In this document: positions 33,744 through 37,387 of the stretch, piece after piece
Layout of the letters: each line of letters begins with the position of its first letter
How positions within the stretch are numbered: the stretch's first letter is position 1
Assembly (NCBI RefSeq): GCF_001194135.2
Contig: NC_068984.1
Location: 58,646,169 to 58,683,555, forward strand
Source of the DNA: Octopus bimaculoides
Taxonomy: Eukaryota
Direction of reading: 5' to 3'
DNA: 37,387 bases
The notes under the pieces: model-generated
Told to the model about the DNA's origin: nothing
The model's input: only the letters and a program-made list of their open reading frames with translations
Database searches by the model: none
Translations under genes and position numbers: made by a program

Positions 33744-34075
33744 GTGAAGGCGCATGGCTCAGTGGTTAAAGCATCAGGCTCACAGTCATGTAGTAGTGAG
33801 TTTGATTGCCAGATCAGGCTGTGTACTGTGTTCTTGAGCAATACACTCGTTCAGCTGTAGAAATGAGTTGTGACATCATTGGTGCCAAGCTGTATTAGCT
33901 TTTGCCATTCCCTTGCACAACATCTGTGGCATAGAGAGGAAAGGCTGGTATGCATGGGCAACTGCTAGTCTTCCATAAACAACCATGCCTGGGCTTGTGC
34001 CTCAGAGGGGAGCTTTTTTAAGTTCAATCCCATAGTCATTCATAACCAAAGGGAATCTTTACCTTTTACCTTTAA
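33744..34075 (+). mobile_element. tRNA-derived SINE (head like family C, different body)
   Basis: GTGAAGGCGCATGGCTCAGTGGTTAAAGC (A box)...GTGAGTTTGATTGCC (degenerate B box)...GTGTTCTTGAGCAATACACT, ending in TTTACCTTTTACCTTT. Confidence 0.7.
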
Positions 34076-34149
34076 CCAGATTATCAGATATTGTTATACA
34101 TCTGTTTGCCACAGTCTATTTCTTGCATTGTCTAAACTTTTCAATGATG

Positions 34150-34916
34150 CCACCCTGCTGGCTCAGTGGGGTGACCCTGCGCAGGCCCTGCAGTGACAAC
34201 CATGACTTTGAGACTCAGTCTCAACTCATGGCTCACCACTTCATCCTTCGTGGATATCCCCTCACCACTATCCACACTACCCTTGCCAGAGCACGTTCCG
34301 TGGACCGTGCATCTACTCTCTCTCCCTGTACCCACCCTGCCGTCACTCTACCTCTCCAATGCACCATTCTCTGAGCTTTCTGGCAACTCCAGTCCGATCC
34401 CTCCACTTTGCACATCTTCCCTAACCTACCCCTCCCCTCCTTTTTAAAAGAGCCCACAACCTACTTGACCTCCTGGTCCACAATTTCTTCCCTAACTCCC
34501 CGCCTCGTTCCCTTGATCTCACCCATGCTACCACACTTGCCCCTTGCTCTCCAACACCACCATCCTCACAGACACCCATCATCGACCCTATCATATCACT
34601 GACTCCTTCACCTGCTCTTCTAGCAATGTCATTTACTGCATCTCCTGCTCTCTCTGTCCTTCTCTGTACATCGGTTAAACGGGACACTGTTTGGCTGACC
34701 AGTTCATGGAACACCTCCAAGACATCAGACTCAGCTACAACACCCCGGTCTCATGCCATTTCTGCTCTACCGGTCATTCTTTACAACACCTTTCTGTGTT
34801 CAGATTATCCTTGCACAGGGGCCATCCAGACTCCTGTCTTTACCTGAACAGGAATTAATCTTCTCTCTTTGCTCTTTGCGCCACATGGGCTTAACTCCCC
34901 TCCACTCTTCATCTAA
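34150..34916 (+). mobile_element. Penelope-like element 3' part (RT thumb + GIY-YIG)
   Basis: LRRPCSDNHDFETQSQLMAHHFILRGYP..RAHNLLDLLVH..SFTCSSSNVIYCISCSLCPSLYIG*TGHCLADQFMEHLQDIR..EQELIFSL, with stops and frameshifts. Confidence 0.88.
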
Positions 34917-35285
34917 CTCCCTCCTCTCATCCTCTCACACCTACTTCCTCTCTTCACTCCCGCCCAACTCTCCTCTCCTCTCTTACTCTGACACGTGCTT
35001 CCTCTCTTCACTCTTACCCATTTTCTCCTTTCCATCCTCTCCCTTCATTGTCACCCCTCCATCGTTACCCCACCCCTATACACTCCAACCCTACCATCCC
35101 TATACACCCCATTCCCCACCCCATCCTCACACCCCACTCCCACATACCCCACTCCCACATACCCCACTCCCACATACCCCACTCCCACATACCCCACNNN
35201 NNNNNNNNNNNNNNNNNNNNNNNNNNNNNNNNNNNNNCCCCACCCCCTACCACCACACCCTCACCCAAACCCACACCCCACCCTT

Positions 35286-35610
35286 ACAGTTAAGGGAACC
35301 TGTGAAAGTGGTAGACCCGTGAAGACCTGGGATAAGGTGGTGAAGCATGACCTTCAAACATTGGGCCTCACCTAGGCAATGACAAGTGACCAAGACCTTT
35401 GGCATTATGCTGTGCTTGAGAAGACCCGGCAAGCCAAGTGAGACCATAACTTTGGCCTATGCCAATGTCACATAACTGGCCCATTTAAGAGTATCCTTCA
35501 GTCATTGGGCAATAAACTATGCTTGCAAAGACCGATTTAGGCAAGAGAATTTGTTGTTGTGGCCGATGACAGTACCGCCTGATTGGCACCTGTGCCAGTG
35601 GAACGTTAAA
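35286..35610 (+). mobile_element. RTE LINE extreme 3' fragment
   Basis: TVKGTCESGRPVKTWDKVVKHDLQTLGLT*AMT.D.DLW.YAVLEKTR, followed by 3' UTR. Confidence 0.82.
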
Positions 35611-35736
35611 AACACAAGCACACAAATACACACACATGCACATACATACACATACAGACACACACGCACACACATACACATGCACACACACGCGCGCGCA
35701 TGCACACACACACACACACAAACACACACACATGCA

Positions 35737-35875
35737 ACAGGCTTTTATTAGTTTCTATCTACCAAATTCCCTCACAAGACTTTGGGCAGCCTGGTAGAAG
35801 TCACTTGCTTTAAGGTGCCATGCATTAGGAACCATGTTGGGAGGCAAGTCTCTTATATATAGCCATGCCTGCACC
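35737..35875 (-). mobile_element. SINE family A 5' half
   Basis: Reverse complement of the family A head (GGTGCAGGCATGGCT..CATGGTTCC..GGCACCTT). Confidence 0.65.
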
Positions 35876-37387
35876 TAGATGACTTACAGTGCTAGGTTCT
35901 GCTATTTTTGAGGGTCTAAAGCACTGAAAGAGATGTGCTATATCATGCTGACTTGCTCAGATATACTTTCTGAAGAGAAAGTCTTCAGTAGTACTCCCCA
36001 CTACCCAGACACTGGGTTAAAGGATTCACCAAGATAACAATTAAAGATGTTGAAATTTGAAGATCATAATAGGTAAGTTGTATATATTACAATGGCTGAA
36101 AGTAGGTTATGTTTGGTTGTGAGTGTAACATTAAGTATCAGCATCAACACTCCACCACCCACTCATGTCCTGAGTGAAAAAATTGGGTGGATGATAAAGA
36201 GAAGTTGATGTCATGTAAAAAATGTTATAACTCCTAACCCAGTCAGAATGCTGTGGGTGAAGGAAGTTGGATACAGACAGAACCATTTAAGAAAATGATG
36301 GCATCAGAGACATATGAGAATTGAGGTGAATGCCCTTCCATGCAGGATGAAATAACTGCTGCTTGCTTCATGAACACATCGAGTTGTTACTGTAAAGGGC
36401 CAAATCAACTGTGATCAAGAATACCTTTTGTACATCAGTTGTCTTTCAAATAACTAGGTGTAGCCAACAGATCATTGCTTCTCTGTCAACTTTTCTCTAT
36501 TTGACCAGTATTCCTGCCATGATTACTTCCTCTGGTTTAAATTGATCTGAGATTTGGAAAACATTAGATTACACTTATCACTTTCTTAGTTAATCAAGTA
36601 GTGCAGTGCTAAAAGAGTAAAGAAATTTACTAACGAAAGATGATTACAGCAGTCTCACACTCATGAATAATGTTTTGAAAATAATTTAGAGCTTGCAAAA
36701 ATCTAAGTTACTTCAGGATTGGTTTAGTCTGGAAAGAAATTTAGACATATATTTATGTATGTTTGTGTCAGTTTATTTGTTTGTATGTATGTATGTATGT
36801 ATGTATGTATGTATGCATTCAACTGTGCATGTATACCCAAGCCTTTGCATGTATATACGATCATCTTTGATTGACAAAGGTCTTAGAATGTGTGTATCTC
36901 CCTGCATCTGTGAGTGTATGTATGTGCATGCATGTGTTGCTGTATGTCTGTATGTGTATTGTGTTATACATGTAAGTCAATAAGAACTGAAATGGATATT
37001 CCACAATTATTAATAGATATAACACATTTATGTCTGTTGCTTAATTCTCTTTTTTTTCTTTTTCTTTCCTTTGGTCTTTCTTTTGCTTTGTTTCATTTAA
37101 ATATAGTTTTTTTTAATCGTAAAAATTATTGATTGAAATAATAAAGCTGAAGTGAAAAACATGTACATGATATTACAATTTTAATTTTTTAAAAATTTTT
37201 TGTGCGTACCTTAACTTTTATGAAAGCAGTCCATTGTAGCACAAAAATGTTTTGACACTAATGTAATTTTAAACACAAGACATTTTGCTGAAAATGCCTT
37301 CAGTCTGCAATGTATTTCTAGGCCATAGAACCCTGGATAGTAGGATTTTTGTTTCTTGTTTAATCAATGCATTTATCAAAGAGAGAT

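Noticed and set aside
36240-36470. Cys-containing remnant (AACF..CYCKGP) resembling a transposase-associated CXC tail
   Set aside because: It needs several frameshifts and stops to align, so support is insufficient.
1-37387. CRISPR arrays, rRNA or prokaryotic defence/operon-like systems
   Set aside because: No repeat-spacer arrays, rRNA-like sequence or long intact ORFs are present; the window is eukaryotic intronic and intergenic DNA.

Overview
AT-rich, repeat-dense eukaryotic DNA with six N-gaps. The repeat families and microsatellite load suggest an octopus (coleoid cephalopod); this is inference from recalled repeat families, not a database match. I can support one host coding exon: minus strand 25954-26132, encoding a signal peptide plus an LRR N-terminal cap and ending in a phase-2 GT donor. 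Its residue spacing fits peroxidasin (PXDN) better than Slit. No convincing 72-nt LRR exon 2 was found downstream, so about 26 kb (1-25953) appears to be intron 1. A CpG-retaining domain (about 24.6-27.6 kb) surrounds the exon and may be a bidirectional promoter. The rest is transposon relics: DD37D and DD34D mariners, Tigger, hAT and piggyBac MITEs, RTE, BovB-like RTE, CR1/L2, R4/Dong-like, Penelope-like elements (PLE) and several tRNA-derived SINE families. The most unusual structure is a 441-bp intronic foldback (16694-17134) carrying two identical, oppositely oriented minimal hammerhead-ribozyme motifs, itself bracketed by an inverted SINE pair. All calls are by eye; no searches were run.
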